The notes under the pieces: model-generated
The model's input: only the letters and a program-made list of their open reading frames with translations
Database searches by the model: none
What the model was told of the DNA's origin: nothing
Position numbers and translations under genes: made by a program
Assembly (NCBI GenBank): GCA_041690595.1
Contig: JAWLHB010000044.1
Coordinates: 52,657 to 72,656, forward strand
Origin: Lentisphaeria bacterium
Lineage (GTDB): Bacteria; Verrucomicrobiota; Lentisphaeria; JABSQK01; JAWLHB01
Direction: 5' to 3'
Length of the DNA stretch: 20,000 nucleotides
In this document: positions 1-8,889 of the stretch, one piece after another
Numbering within the stretch: the first letter of the stretch is position 1
Layout of the letters: each line of letters begins with the position of its first letter

Positions 1-2500
1 GAAGCGCATCCGGCTTTCGCCCGTACCGATGAACTCCGGTGCTTCGAGGTAGACGTTCGCGCCGCGCGCCACCGTCTTCACATACGAGGTCGTGCCCGAC
101 TGACACGTCGATGATTCGATCCGCACGCCAACCGGGTCCGAGTCGACCGTGATCGTCTGGATCGGGGCCAACACATAGTGCGCCTTCACCGTCGCGTCCG
201 CGTTCACCTGGAAACCAATCTCGAGATTCGTGCTCTCGACCAGGCCGCTCCACCGGACGAAGCGCATGCGCTCTTCGCCCTCGCCGATGAACTCCGGCGC
301 CTGCAGGATCACATTCGTCCCGGTCGCCACTGTCTTCGTATAGAGCGTGGTTCCGGAGTGGCAGGTCGGCGATTCGATACGCACGCCTCGCGGATCCGAA
401 TCCACCGTCAAGGTGCGAATCGTCGACAAGGCGACATAGTGGGCCTTCACCGTTGCGTCCGCATTCACCTGGAAACCAATCTCGAGGTTCGTGCTATCCA
501 CCAGACCGCTCCACCGGACGAAGCGCATCCGGCTCTCGCCCTCGCCGATGAATTCCGGGGCCTGCAGGATCACATTTGTCCCGGTCGCCACGGTCTTCGT
601 ATAGAGCGTGATGCCAGAATGGCAGGTCGGCGATTCGATCCGGACCCCGCGCGGATCCGAATCCACCGTCAAGGTGTGAATGATCGCCTGCTCGTAATGC
701 GCCTTCACCGTCGCATCCTCGTTCACCTGGAAACCGATCTCCAGGTTCGTGCTCTCGACCAGGCCACTCCACCGGACGAAGCGCATCAGGGTATCATCTT
801 CGCCGATGAACTCCGGCGCCTGCAGGATCACGTTCGTCCCAGTCGCCACGGTCTTCGTATAGAGAGTGGTTCCCGAATGGCACGTCGGCGACTCGATACG
901 CACGCCGCGCGGATCCGAATCAACCGTTAAGGTGCGGATCGCCGACAGCGCCACGTAATGCGCCTTCACGGTCGCATCCTCGTTCACCTGGAAACCGATC
1001 TCCAGGTTCGTGCTCTCGACCAGACCGCTCCACCGGACGAAGCGCATGCGGTCGTCACCTTCGCCGATGAACTCCGGAGCCTGCAGGATGACGTTCGTTC
1101 CAGTTGCCATGGTTTTCGTGTAGAGCGTCGTCCCTGAATGGCACGTTGGCGACTCGATTCGGACGCCGCGCGGCTCGGAATCCACCGTCAGCGTGCGGAT
1201 GATCGTCGGTTCGTAGTGCGCCTTCACCGTCGCATCGCCATTCACTTGGAAGCCGATCTCTGGATTGGTGCTTTCCACCAGCCCACTCCACCGGACAAAA
1301 CGCATCGCTGACGCCCCTTCGCCAATCAGCTCCGGCGCCTGCAGGATCACGTTCGCTCCATGCGCCACCGTCTTCGTGTACAGGGTCGTCCCCGACTGGC
1401 ACGTCGGCGATTCAATCCGGACACCGCGCGGATCGGAATCCACCGTCAGCGTATGGATAACCGGCACCAGCTCGTAGTGCGCCTTCACCGTCGCGTCCGC
1501 ATTTACTTGGAAGCCGATCTCTGTATTGGTGCTCTCCACCAGCCCACTCCACCGGACGAAACGCATCAGGCCGGAGCCTTCGCCGATGAATGGCGGCGCC
1601 TGCAGGATCACATTGGCGCCGTGGGCCACCGTCTTCGTGTAGAGCGTCGTACCCGACTGGCACGTCGGCGATTCGATCCGCACCCCGCGAGGATCGGAAT
1701 CGACCGTCAGCGTATGGATAACCGTCACCCGCTCGTAGTGCGCCTTCACGGTCGCATCGCCATTCACCTGGAAGCCGATCTCCGGGTTCGTGCTCTCCAC
1801 GAGGCCACTCCAGCGCACAAAGCGCATCTGATCACCACCTTCGCCGATCAGCTCCGGCGCCTGCAGGATCACATTCGCCCCGTGCGCCACCGTCTTCGTG
1901 TAGAGCGTCGTTCCCGACTGGCATGTCGGCGATTCGATCCGCACCCCGCGCGGGTCGGAATCCACCGTCAACGTGTGGATGACCGCCTGCTCGTAATGCG
2001 CCTTCACCGACGCGTCCGCATTCACCTGGAAGCCGATCTCCGGGTTCGTGCTCTCCACGAGGCCACTCCAGCGTACGAAGCGCATGAGACCTTCGCCTTC
2101 ACCGATGAACTCTGGCGCCTGCAGGATCACGTTGGCTCCATGTGCCACCGTCTTCGTGTACAGCGTTGTCCCCGACTGGCACGTCGGCGATTCGATCCGT
2201 ACCCCGCGAGGATCGGAATCCACCGTCAGGATGTGGATCGGCGACTGCTCGTAGTGCGCCTTCACCGTCTCATCGCCATTCACCTGGAAGCCGATGGTGG
2301 GGTTCGTGCTCTCCACCAGACCGCTCCACTTCACGAAGCGCATGCGCCCGCCGCCTTCGCCGATGAACTCCGGCGCCTGCAGGATCACATTGGCACTGTG
2401 AGCCACCGTCTTTGTGTACAGCGTTGTCCCCGACTGACAGGTCGGAGACTCGATTCGTACTCCACGCGGTTCGGAATCCACCGTCAGGATGCGAATAACC
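1..2500 (-). repeat. Intragenic tandem repeat array, period 258-261 bp, 9 complete copies plus 1 partial
   Basis: Anchor GCCTTCAC recurs at about 182, 443, 700, 962, 1220, 1480, 1742, 2000 and 2257. GCCTGCAGGAT and (A/G)AAGCGCAT-like motifs recur with the same period. Confidence 0.97.
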
Positions 2501-2712
2501 GTACCGTCCGGCGCAAAATCCGCCGCCAGCGTTGCCGGCAGCAGCGGAACATTGCCGCCGATCGCCACGGATGTCAGCTCGACCGAGGGCGATAATCGTT
2601 GCCTTGCCATCGCATCGGGAACCGACGCGTGCAGCGCGGATAAGCCTCCCACGAAGAACGAGACTATGAACAAGGTGACAATCATACGTTTGTTTAGATA
2701 CGGGACATGCAT
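1..2712 (-). CDS. Large secreted/surface repeat protein (partial, at least 904 aa, continues past the left edge); at least 10 tandem 86-87 aa repeats resembling divergent InlB B-repeat (Flg_new-like) domains
   Basis: Manual minus-strand translation. ATG at 2712 with GAGGAA 8 nt upstream. N-terminus MHVPYLNKRMIVTLFIVSFFVGGLSALHA looks like a signal peptide. Repeats read TLTVDSDPRGVRIESPTC(Q/H)SGTTLYTKTVA.G.NVILQAPEFIGEG...MRFVRWSGLVESTN.EIGFQVN.DATVKAHY. The frame is consistent down to position 1 (...MRF). The F..WSG...TV.A.Y pattern resembles InlB B-repeat-like domains. Confidence 0.9.
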   Translation of the reverse strand, partial: MHVPYLNKRMIVTLFIVSFFVGGLSALHASVPDAMARQRLSPSVELTSVAIGGNVPLLPATLAADFAPDGTVIRILTVDSEPRGVRIESPTCQSGTTLYTKTVAHSANVILQAPEFIGEGGGRMRFVKWSGLVESTNPTIGFQVNGDETVKAHYEQSPIHILTVDSDPRGVRIESPTCQSGTTLYTKTVAHGANVILQAPEFIGEGEGLMRFVRWSGLVESTNPEIGFQVNADASVKAHYEQAVIHTLTVDSDPRGVRIESPTCQSGTTLYTKTVAHGANVILQAPELIGEGGDQMRFVRWSGLVESTNPEIGFQVNGDATVKAHYERVTVIHTLTVDSDPRGVRIESPTCQSGTTLYTKTVAHGANVILQAPPFIGEGSGLMRFVRWSGLVESTNTEIGFQVNADATVKAHYELVPVIHTLTVDSDPRGVRIESPTCQSGTTLYTKTVAHGANVILQAPELIGEGASAMRFVRWSGLVESTNPEIGFQVNGDATVKAHYEPTIIRTLTVDSEPRGVRIESPTCHSGTTLYTKTMATGTNVILQAPEFIGEGDDRMRFVRWSGLVESTNLEIGFQVNEDATVKAHYVALSAIRTLTVDSDPRGVRIESPTCHSGTTLYTKTVATGTNVILQAPEFIGEDDTLMRFVRWSGLVESTNLEIGFQVNEDATVKAHYEQAIIHTLTVDSDPRGVRIESPTCHSGITLYTKTVATGTNVILQAPEFIGEGESRMRFVRWSGLVDSTNLEIGFQVNADATVKAHYVALSTIRTLTVDSDPRGVRIESPTCHSGTTLYTKTVATGTNVILQAPEFIGEGEERMRFVRWSGLVESTNLEIGFQVNADATVKAHYVLAPIQTITVDSDPVGVRIESSTCQSGTTSYVKTVARGANVYLEAPEFIGTGESRMRF

Positions 2713-3170
2713 GGCTCAGCTTCCTCTTGCTTCTCGGATGATGACACGCGTCCCTCTGCAAAGGCCGATCTCCTTCACTGAAGTCAACCTATGTCATCTG
2801 CCACCCGCCCGGCAACCACATCACCTCATGGCTCTACATGCCATCCAAGGTCATACTTATTCCACATACAGACTTAGAATCGCTATCAAACAATGTATGA
2901 CTGCGAATGCACCCGATGTCCGCCTCAGAACCCGATTTTCTTCCCTCAAACATCGTTTTCTATACTTCTTTAAACTAGATAGAATAAAGGATGTGCTCAC
3001 AGCGCGAAACCCGCCCTTTACAGCCGGAAAAAAACTAATAGAAAAAGTCACAGAAGATTCGAGCCCCCCGCCGCAAACGCCGACGAACGGAAAAACCCCG
3101 AGCAGCAAAATGCCACTCGAGGTCGATGTCGCGTGTACCGCGGCACAGGCGCGGCAGATAGCTCTTGCGC

Positions 3171-3893
3171 CTATTGGTTGCCCCAGGGCGCTTCGTTCAC
3201 GCGCGCAGGATGCTGGGAGGTCGGCAGCGAGAGCAGCAGGGGCGTGTGTGTCTCAACATGCCCGTCGCAGTAAAGGATATTGCCGGTTCCGTCGTGCGGG
3301 AAGCGCACGCTGGTGTACTGCGGATGGAACCTGAAGAATCCGAGGTTGAGCGGGTGGGCCGGATCGGCGGTTTCACCAAAGGCAATCTGTGATGAAGCCT
3401 TGATGATGCTCGTCTGCCGGCGGTAAGGCGGCTTGCTCGAAAACACCTTTTCACCGCCGATGCCCCACGGGTTCATCCCGTAGTGGGCAAATTCGAAGGT
3501 GTTCCAGATTGTGCCGTAGATCGGCTTCATGGATGGACACGACAGGAATCCGTCCGGCGAAATATGCTGGAACGGTTTCTGGCGAATTGCCGGTTGCAAC
3601 TCGTCGATCATGATCTTCTGCCAGAACCTCGCCCCTTGCGAGCTGGACCAGATATTGTCCCACATGGCTGAATGAAAGGCCGGCAGGAAGCCGTCGTTGG
3701 CATCGCAATACATCTCCCATGCAAGATGCAGCTGCTTGAGGTTGTTGACGCACGATATCCGCCGCGCCGCCGAGCGCGCCTTCCCCAGCGCCGGCAACAG
3801 CATGCTCGCCAGAATCGCGATTATCGCCACGACCACCAGAAGTTCGATCAAGGTGAAAGACCGACGGATATGGTGAATTCCTGGGCTGCGCAT
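3171..3893 (-). CDS. Prepilin-type N-terminal cleavage/methylation domain protein with C-terminal H-X9-DG motif (DUF1559/SBP_bac_10-like), 240 aa
   Basis: [31 protein letters not shown]...[16 protein letters not shown] at the N-terminus; C-terminal [15 protein letters not shown]. Start moved from 3950 to the ATG at 3893, which has AAGGAG 7 nt upstream. Confidence 0.93.
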   Translation of the reverse strand: MRSPGIHHIRRSFTLIELLVVVAIIAILASMLLPALGKARSAARRISCVNNLKQLHLAWEMYCDANDGFLPAFHSAMWDNIWSSSQGARFWQKIMIDELQPAIRQKPFQHISPDGFLSCPSMKPIYGTIWNTFEFAHYGMNPWGIGGEKVFSSKPPYRRQTSIIKASSQIAFGETADPAHPLNLGFFRFHPQYTSVRFPHDGTGNILYCDGHVETHTPLLLSLPTSQHPARVNEAPWGNQ

Positions 3894-3986
3894 GCGACTA
3901 CTCCTTCCAGATGAGGTCGTTCGATCAAGGACTCTGTCGGCTTTCGCCAACTCTTGAAGTCCAGTCTTGAGCGTGATTCTGCTTGT

Positions 3987-4002
3987 GCATTAACGTTAGT
4001 GA
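3987..4002. promoter_or_regulatory. Putative LacI-family operator O1
   Basis: GCATTAACGTTAGTGA, 14/16 match to the palindrome GCATTAACGTTAATGC with a central CG; covers the -10 box of the leftward promoter. Confidence 0.72.
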
Positions 4003-4021
4003 AGAAGTCACCCTCTGTCAA
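3993..4021 (-). promoter_or_regulatory. Sigma70-type promoter for the prepilin-like gene
   Basis: Minus strand TTGACA (4021-4016), 17-nt spacer, TAACGT (3998-3993); A-rich tracts upstream of the -35; about 100 nt upstream of the ATG at 3893. Confidence 0.75.
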
Positions 4022-4130
4022 ATCATTCTCCAGAATCTTTTTCTTCATCTTTTTCACCTTCTCCCATTAAACAAGGTTGAGGCATCCCAATAACCCCATG
4101 ATCCTTACCAGAAAAATCGCAAAATAGCCA

Positions 4131-4158
4131 TTGCATGATCGTTAATGCCCGATATGGT
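4131..4158 (+). promoter_or_regulatory. Putative sigma70 promoter for lacI and the downstream operon
   Basis: TTGCAT (4131-4136), 16-nt spacer, TATGGT (4153-4158), ending 37 nt before the ATG at 4196. Confidence 0.5.
4133..4148. promoter_or_regulatory. Putative LacI-family operator O2
   Basis: GCATGATCGTTAATGC, 14/16 match to the same palindrome; overlaps the -35 box and spacer of the rightward promoter. Confidence 0.7.
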
Positions 4159-4195
4159 AATGGTGACAAGAAAAAACTGGACGACAGCCTGCCCC

Positions 4196-5233
4196 ATGAC
4201 CACCCTCAAAGATATCGCCCGGCTCACCGGCGTCTCCGTCAACACCGTTTCCCGCGCCCTGCGGGACATGCCCGATATCGGCGATGCGACGAAGGAACGC
4301 ATCCGCCGCGTCGCCGACACCCTCGACTATACCCCCAACGCCATCGCCCGCGGCCTCGTCCTCAAGCGCACCTTCGTGATAGGCGCGCTGGTCACGGAAC
4401 TTGGCAACCCATCCCGAAGCATGCTCATCCGCGAGCTGCGCCGCCTCCTCGGCAAGCAGGGTTACCAGCTCCTCATCGAGAGTTACGACACCGGCGACGA
4501 AGTCTCCGAGCGGCTCCGTACCATGACCTCCCGCGGGGTGGACGGACTTCTCATCGGCAACATCGACGGCATCCTCGCCGAGCAGGAGTATTGGCCCGAC
4601 CTCCAGTCCATCCTCCAGTCCGGCATTCCCGTCGTCGTCTTTTTCCACGCCATCACCACCAAGGTCGACAACATCGTCTGCGACTATGCCGACATCGCCG
4701 CGCAACTCACCCGACACCTGATCGAGACTCACGGTCTGCGCGGAATCGTCTATACCGGCGAGAACGCCACCTGCTCCCGCGCCATGGGTTATCGGCGGGC
4801 AATGGAGGGCGCGGGCCTCGAAGCGCAGATCGGCTTCATCCCGCTCCCCTACTGGAGCATGCGGGAAACCCGTGACGCCATGGTCGCTTACCTCCATGAT
4901 CACCCTGCTCCCGAAGCCATCGTCTGCCACAACGATCTCACCGCCATGGGCATCATGGCCGGTCTCCGCAAGGTCGGGCTGAAGGTCCCCGATGATATCG
5001 CCATCGTCGGCACCGACAATATCGAGATGGCCGAGATCGTCAACCCCACCCTGACCACCGCCGGGTTCGACCCCAACCTCATGGCCCACAAGATCTTCAC
5101 CCTGCTCACCGACCGGATCGAGCACGAAAAGAGCTCCAGAACCGCCCAACAGGTCAACCTCGACTTCAACATCTTTCTCCGCGAATCCTGCGGCTGCTCC
5201 GGCGACTATAGCCCCAAACCACCCCGCACCTGA
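4196..5233 (+). CDS. LacI/GalR family transcriptional regulator (345 aa)
   Basis: HTH MTTLKDIARLTGVSVNTVSRAL, hinge YTPNAIARGL, effector domain motifs VDGLLI, AIVCHNDLTAMG, VPDDIAIVGTDN, PTLTT and LRESCG. Start set at 4196, immediately before the HTH. Confidence 0.96.
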   Translation: MTTLKDIARLTGVSVNTVSRALRDMPDIGDATKERIRRVADTLDYTPNAIARGLVLKRTFVIGALVTELGNPSRSMLIRELRRLLGKQGYQLLIESYDTGDEVSERLRTMTSRGVDGLLIGNIDGILAEQEYWPDLQSILQSGIPVVVFFHAITTKVDNIVCDYADIAAQLTRHLIETHGLRGIVYTGENATCSRAMGYRRAMEGAGLEAQIGFIPLPYWSMRETRDAMVAYLHDHPAPEAIVCHNDLTAMGIMAGLRKVGLKVPDDIAIVGTDNIEMAEIVNPTLTTAGFDPNLMAHKIFTLLTDRIEHEKSSRTAQQVNLDFNIFLRESCGCSGDYSPKPPRT

Positions 5234-5287
5234 TCCCCCTCGCAAACCTTTTCTGCCTATACCCTGCACAACCAAGGAGACATGATC

Positions 5288-8200
5288 ATGATTCACAAGC
5301 TCGGCTTTGTCCTTGCCACGCTCTTTCTCGTCTGCCACCTGCTCCCCCCATTCGCGTCGGCGCAGGATCTCGTCCTCGCACAGGATGGCGAGGCGCGAGC
5401 GGTCATTGTACACAATGGCCACACCACCGCGGCCCCCGGCCTGCCGAGCCGCCACGTGCAGTTGGGCCAGATCAAGCCGCCGGCGGAGGAGCTCGCCCAC
5501 TATCTGAACCTCATGACCGGCGCCACCTTCCCCATCGTCGCCTCACCCGATGAAGTCGGCGACCGTGCCGCCATCATCCTCGACATCGTCGACCAGCTCC
5601 CCGGCGCCAGCGACCGCGAGAGCCGCCACCAGGCCTACCGCATCACCACCGCCCCCAACCGCCTCACCCTCACAGCGGCCTCTCCCCTGGCCCTGCACTA
5701 TGCCGTTTACGGCCTTCTGGAAGATCACCTCGGCTGCGGATTCTACACCTTCTCCCTCAAAGGGCTGCACTACAATGGTCCAGCCCATGAAGTCGTCCCC
5801 GATCGCCCTACGCTTCAGCTCCCCCCGATCGACGAGCTGCGCGAACCGGCCATCCCCAACCGCGGCATCGTCTATTGGGTGGGAAGCGATCCATGGGTCC
5901 TCAAGAACCGAGGCGGCGGCGCCCGCGGAGCAGGACCCGGCATGGCCGTCAACGCCAACCACAACCTCTATCACCTCATCCCCCCGCGCGACAGTGGCCC
6001 GGTCAAGGGTCTCTTCGCCGAGCACCCCGAATTCTACCCCCTCACCAGCGAAGGCAAGCGCCAGCCCGACTGGGCGATGGGCATTTGCGGCACCAATCCC
6101 GACCTGCCCCGCTTCCTCGCTATCGGCCTCGAGCGCGAGATCGAGAAACGCCAGGCGCGCGGCGATATCGACTGGTCCCAGCTCTTCTCGGCCGCCCAAG
6201 GCGACGGCTTCACCGGCTGCCTCTGCGAACCCTGCCGGACCCTCGTCCATGAGGAGAAGTCCGAAGCCGCCCCCCTGATCCTCGCCCTCAATCGCACCCT
6301 CGACATCATCAACGAAAGCTATCCCCAACTGAGGCTCATCACCTTCGCCTACTTCCAGACCCTCAGCGTCCCTCAGACCCTCAAGCCCCACCCCAACCTC
6401 TGGATCAACGTCGTCTCCAGCTCCCTCAGCCAGAATGCCGCCGGCGATCAGGTCGGCCCCATCGATGGCAATCCCGCCAACCGCGACTACGCCAGGGCCA
6501 TCCGCGAATGGCCGCAAGTCACCCCCGGTCGCGTAGCCGTCTGGCACTGGGACACCTATCGCCCCGAGTGGCCCTCCATCTTCCATGTCGCCGGGAACGT
6601 CCGGTACATGCATGAGCAGGGCGTCTTTGCCGCCAATCCCCAGTTCTGCGGCGGCCCGTGGACCGACCTGCTCGCCTGGCTTTACCTCAAAATGACCTGG
6701 AACCCCGATGCCAACGCGGAGGCGCTGGTCCAGCGCTTTCTCGATGACAATTACGGCCCCGAGGCCGGTCGCCACGTCTGGGAGTATCTCAAGCTCGGCC
6801 AGAAAGCCTACGAGGAATCCCTCCACGTCCCCAGCGCCGTACGCTGGAGCGGCTGGACCCCCATCCTTCGCGCCAAACTCTTCTCCCCTTCCATCCTCAA
6901 CGACATGATCAGCCAGATGGACATGGCCATCGCCGCGGCAGAACAATCCGGCAACCCCGCCTGGCTGAACAATCTGCGGGCCGCCCGCGGCCGCTCCCTC
7001 GATGTCCTCGTACTCGACGGGATCACCAATGGCGCCCCCGCCTGGGGTACCGTGGCCCATAACGGCGACATGTGGTTCGTGCCCGCCGCCGATCCGCGCA
7101 TTCCCCCACTCCTCACCAGGGCCAAGTTCGGCATCTTCGAGGAAGGCGGCGGCGAGCCCGGCGTCCTTCGCTCCACCTTCAGCTTTGCCGCCAATCATGG
7201 CGGTCCCATCGTACGACTCGACAACGACGCCGTGACGGCCGACATCTGCCCCGACCTCAAGGGCAGCATCGTCAACGGCACCGTCCGCCTCGGCGGCCAG
7301 GAGCGCCAGCTGCTGGCAGGCGACGACGCCGGCCAGGGCTACAAGGACATCCTGCCCGGCCTCCACGCCGAAATCTGGCTCCCACCCGGCATGGCCGACA
7401 ATCTCGCTCGCCGCACCAACGACGACTGGACCCATCTCTGGAGCGCCTGGGAGCCCCCCTCCTCCACCCTCCTGGAAACGGAAACTGTCCTCTCCCCCAT
7501 CTTCTACGGCTTCGACGCCAGCCGCCGCCTCCGCCGACAGGTGGAACTAACCGACAATGGCCTTCGCATCGAGCGCCAGTACACCGGCAAGCTCGACAAA
7601 CCGGAACGCTTCACCGCGCGCTGGCGCTTCGTCCTCCCCGCCCCCAACCAGGCCAAAGTCTCCGTCAAAGGCGGCGGCATCGACCGCATGCTCGATCTGC
7701 GCCACGCCGTGCCCGGCGGCATTCGCGGCGTCAAAGCCGGCGACCGCATGCCCGCCGCCGACAACATGGACGAGCGCTTCGACACCGTCATTGCCATCTC
7801 CGATGCCGAGGTCACCCGCCTCGACGTCAAGAGCGACGCCAACGAGACGATCGCCATCAAGCTCGACCGCGGCGATGGTCTCGCCGTTGTCCTGACCACG
7901 ACCAGCGCCGGCTGGGAATCGGTCGAAATCAAGCCCGTCGTCGACCGGCAGTACCTCGAAATCACCCTCGTCGGCGCGAAGTCGGTCGGCGCGGCGACCG
8001 TTGCCGAAGAGCTTGCGTTGCCTCCTCAGGAACTCTCGGCTGTCGTCGTTCCCGCCTTGCCCGCCGAAGAGAGCGTCCCAGCGGCCACCGCCGTCCAGTC
8101 CGTGGTGCAGCCCCGAGTGCGCATCACCGGGCCCACGACCGCCGTCAACGAGATCGACGGTGCCGAGCTCGTCTGGATCCCCGCCGGCTCCTTCCTCCGC

Positions 8201-8887
8201 GGCAGCCCCGCGGGGACCGGCGGCGGTGACGAGCAACCCCAGCGCCCCATCCGCCTCGATGGCTATTGGATCTACAAGTACCCCGTCACCCTCGACCAGT
8301 ATCTTGCCTTCTGCAAGGCCACCGACCGCCCCTTCAACCCGACCTGGGGCCAGGGCATGCATGCGGCTCCCGCTGGCGAAGCCGGTGCCCACGCCGCCCA
8401 GGGTGACTGGTACGAAGCCAATGCCTATGCCGGTTGGGCCGGTGCGGCCCTGCCGACGGAAGCCCAGTGGGAAAAAGCCGCCCGCGGCGAAGACGGTCGC
8501 GACTATCCTTGGGGCAACGACTGGAATGCCGACAACTGTGTCTCCATGGAGAACACCATCTACGCCTTCACCACCGGCTTCCGCCCCGTCGGCACCTATC
8601 CCGATGGAGCCAGCCCCTACGGCGTCATGGATATGGCCGGCAACGTCTGGGAATGGGTCCGCGACTGGTACGCCTACGACTACTATCAGGCCGCTCCAGA
8701 GCAGAATCCAACTGGACCCGAGGTCGGCACGCACAAGGTCCTGCGTGGTGGCTGCAGTCTCTACGATGAACGCTTCAGCCGCACCGCCGCGCGCATGGTC
8801 ATGCCGCCTCAGGTCCGCGACTGGACCGCCACCGGCTTCCGCTGCGTCGTCATAGCCCCAGCCCCTCCAGCCGCGGTCCAACCCTGA
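5288..8887 (+). CDS. Secreted multidomain protein of about 1200 aa: DUF4838-like putative glycoside hydrolase region plus C-terminal FGE-sulfatase (SUMF1/EgtB/PvdO) fold domain
   Basis: Signal peptide ending ...PFASA-QD. N-domain [18 protein letters not shown]...[15 protein letters not shown]4838-like motifs HPEFYPL..G.R, ICGTNP, QGDG...CLCEPC, ITFAY..T..P and WNPD......[14 protein letters not shown] motifs [39 protein letters not shown] and GFRC. AAGGAG at 5274-5279 favours the ATG at 5288 over 5282. Confidence 0.85.
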   Translation: MIHKLGFVLATLFLVCHLLPPFASAQDLVLAQDGEARAVIVHNGHTTAAPGLPSRHVQLGQIKPPAEELAHYLNLMTGATFPIVASPDEVGDRAAIILDIVDQLPGASDRESRHQAYRITTAPNRLTLTAASPLALHYAVYGLLEDHLGCGFYTFSLKGLHYNGPAHEVVPDRPTLQLPPIDELREPAIPNRGIVYWVGSDPWVLKNRGGGARGAGPGMAVNANHNLYHLIPPRDSGPVKGLFAEHPEFYPLTSEGKRQPDWAMGICGTNPDLPRFLAIGLEREIEKRQARGDIDWSQLFSAAQGDGFTGCLCEPCRTLVHEEKSEAAPLILALNRTLDIINESYPQLRLITFAYFQTLSVPQTLKPHPNLWINVVSSSLSQNAAGDQVGPIDGNPANRDYARAIREWPQVTPGRVAVWHWDTYRPEWPSIFHVAGNVRYMHEQGVFAANPQFCGGPWTDLLAWLYLKMTWNPDANAEALVQRFLDDNYGPEAGRHVWEYLKLGQKAYEESLHVPSAVRWSGWTPILRAKLFSPSILNDMISQMDMAIAAAEQSGNPAWLNNLRAARGRSLDVLVLDGITNGAPAWGTVAHNGDMWFVPAADPRIPPLLTRAKFGIFEEGGGEPGVLRSTFSFAANHGGPIVRLDNDAVTADICPDLKGSIVNGTVRLGGQERQLLAGDDAGQGYKDILPGLHAEIWLPPGMADNLARRTNDDWTHLWSAWEPPSSTLLETETVLSPIFYGFDASRRLRRQVELTDNGLRIERQYTGKLDKPERFTARWRFVLPAPNQAKVSVKGGGIDRMLDLRHAVPGGIRGVKAGDRMPAADNMDERFDTVIAISDAEVTRLDVKSDANETIAIKLDRGDGLAVVLTTTSAGWESVEIKPVVDRQYLEITLVGAKSVGAATVAEELALPPQELSAVVVPALPAEESVPAATAVQSVVQPRVRITGPTTAVNEIDGAELVWIPAGSFLRGSPAGTGGGDEQPQRPIRLDGYWIYKYPVTLDQYLAFCKATDRPFNPTWGQGMHAAPAGEAGAHAAQGDWYEANAYAGWAGAALPTEAQWEKAARGEDGRDYPWGNDWNADNCVSMENTIYAFTTGFRPVGTYPDGASPYGVMDMAGNVWEWVRDWYAYDYYQAAPEQNPTGPEVGTHKVLRGGCSLYDERFSRTAARMVMPPQVRDWTATGFRCVVIAPAPPAAVQP

Positions 8888-8889
8888 AG

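Noticed and set aside
178..2595. Repetitive plus-strand Arg/His-rich ORFs (178-930, 1360-2595) and short minus-strand ORFs
   Set aside because: Alternative-frame shadows of the minus-strand repeat gene, which has a signal peptide, an RBS and mostly synonymous variation.
2270..2775. Minus-strand TTG ORF (2761-2270) with AAGGAG 8 nt upstream
   Set aside because: Overlaps the repeat gene out of frame and the product is not protein-like. A regulatory upstream initiation site cannot be excluded but is unsupported.
2713..3170. AT-rich gap: ORFs 2489-3334 and 2857-3108, possible riboswitch, promoter or terminator
   Set aside because: The ORFs lack motifs and the local codon bias; I found no convincing riboswitch consensus, -35/-10 pair or U-tailed hairpin.
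8150..8887. FGE/C-type-lectin-fold domain as the target of a diversity-generating retroelement
   Set aside because: No reverse transcriptase in the window and no second copy of the 3' region differing at adenines (no template repeat) was seen.
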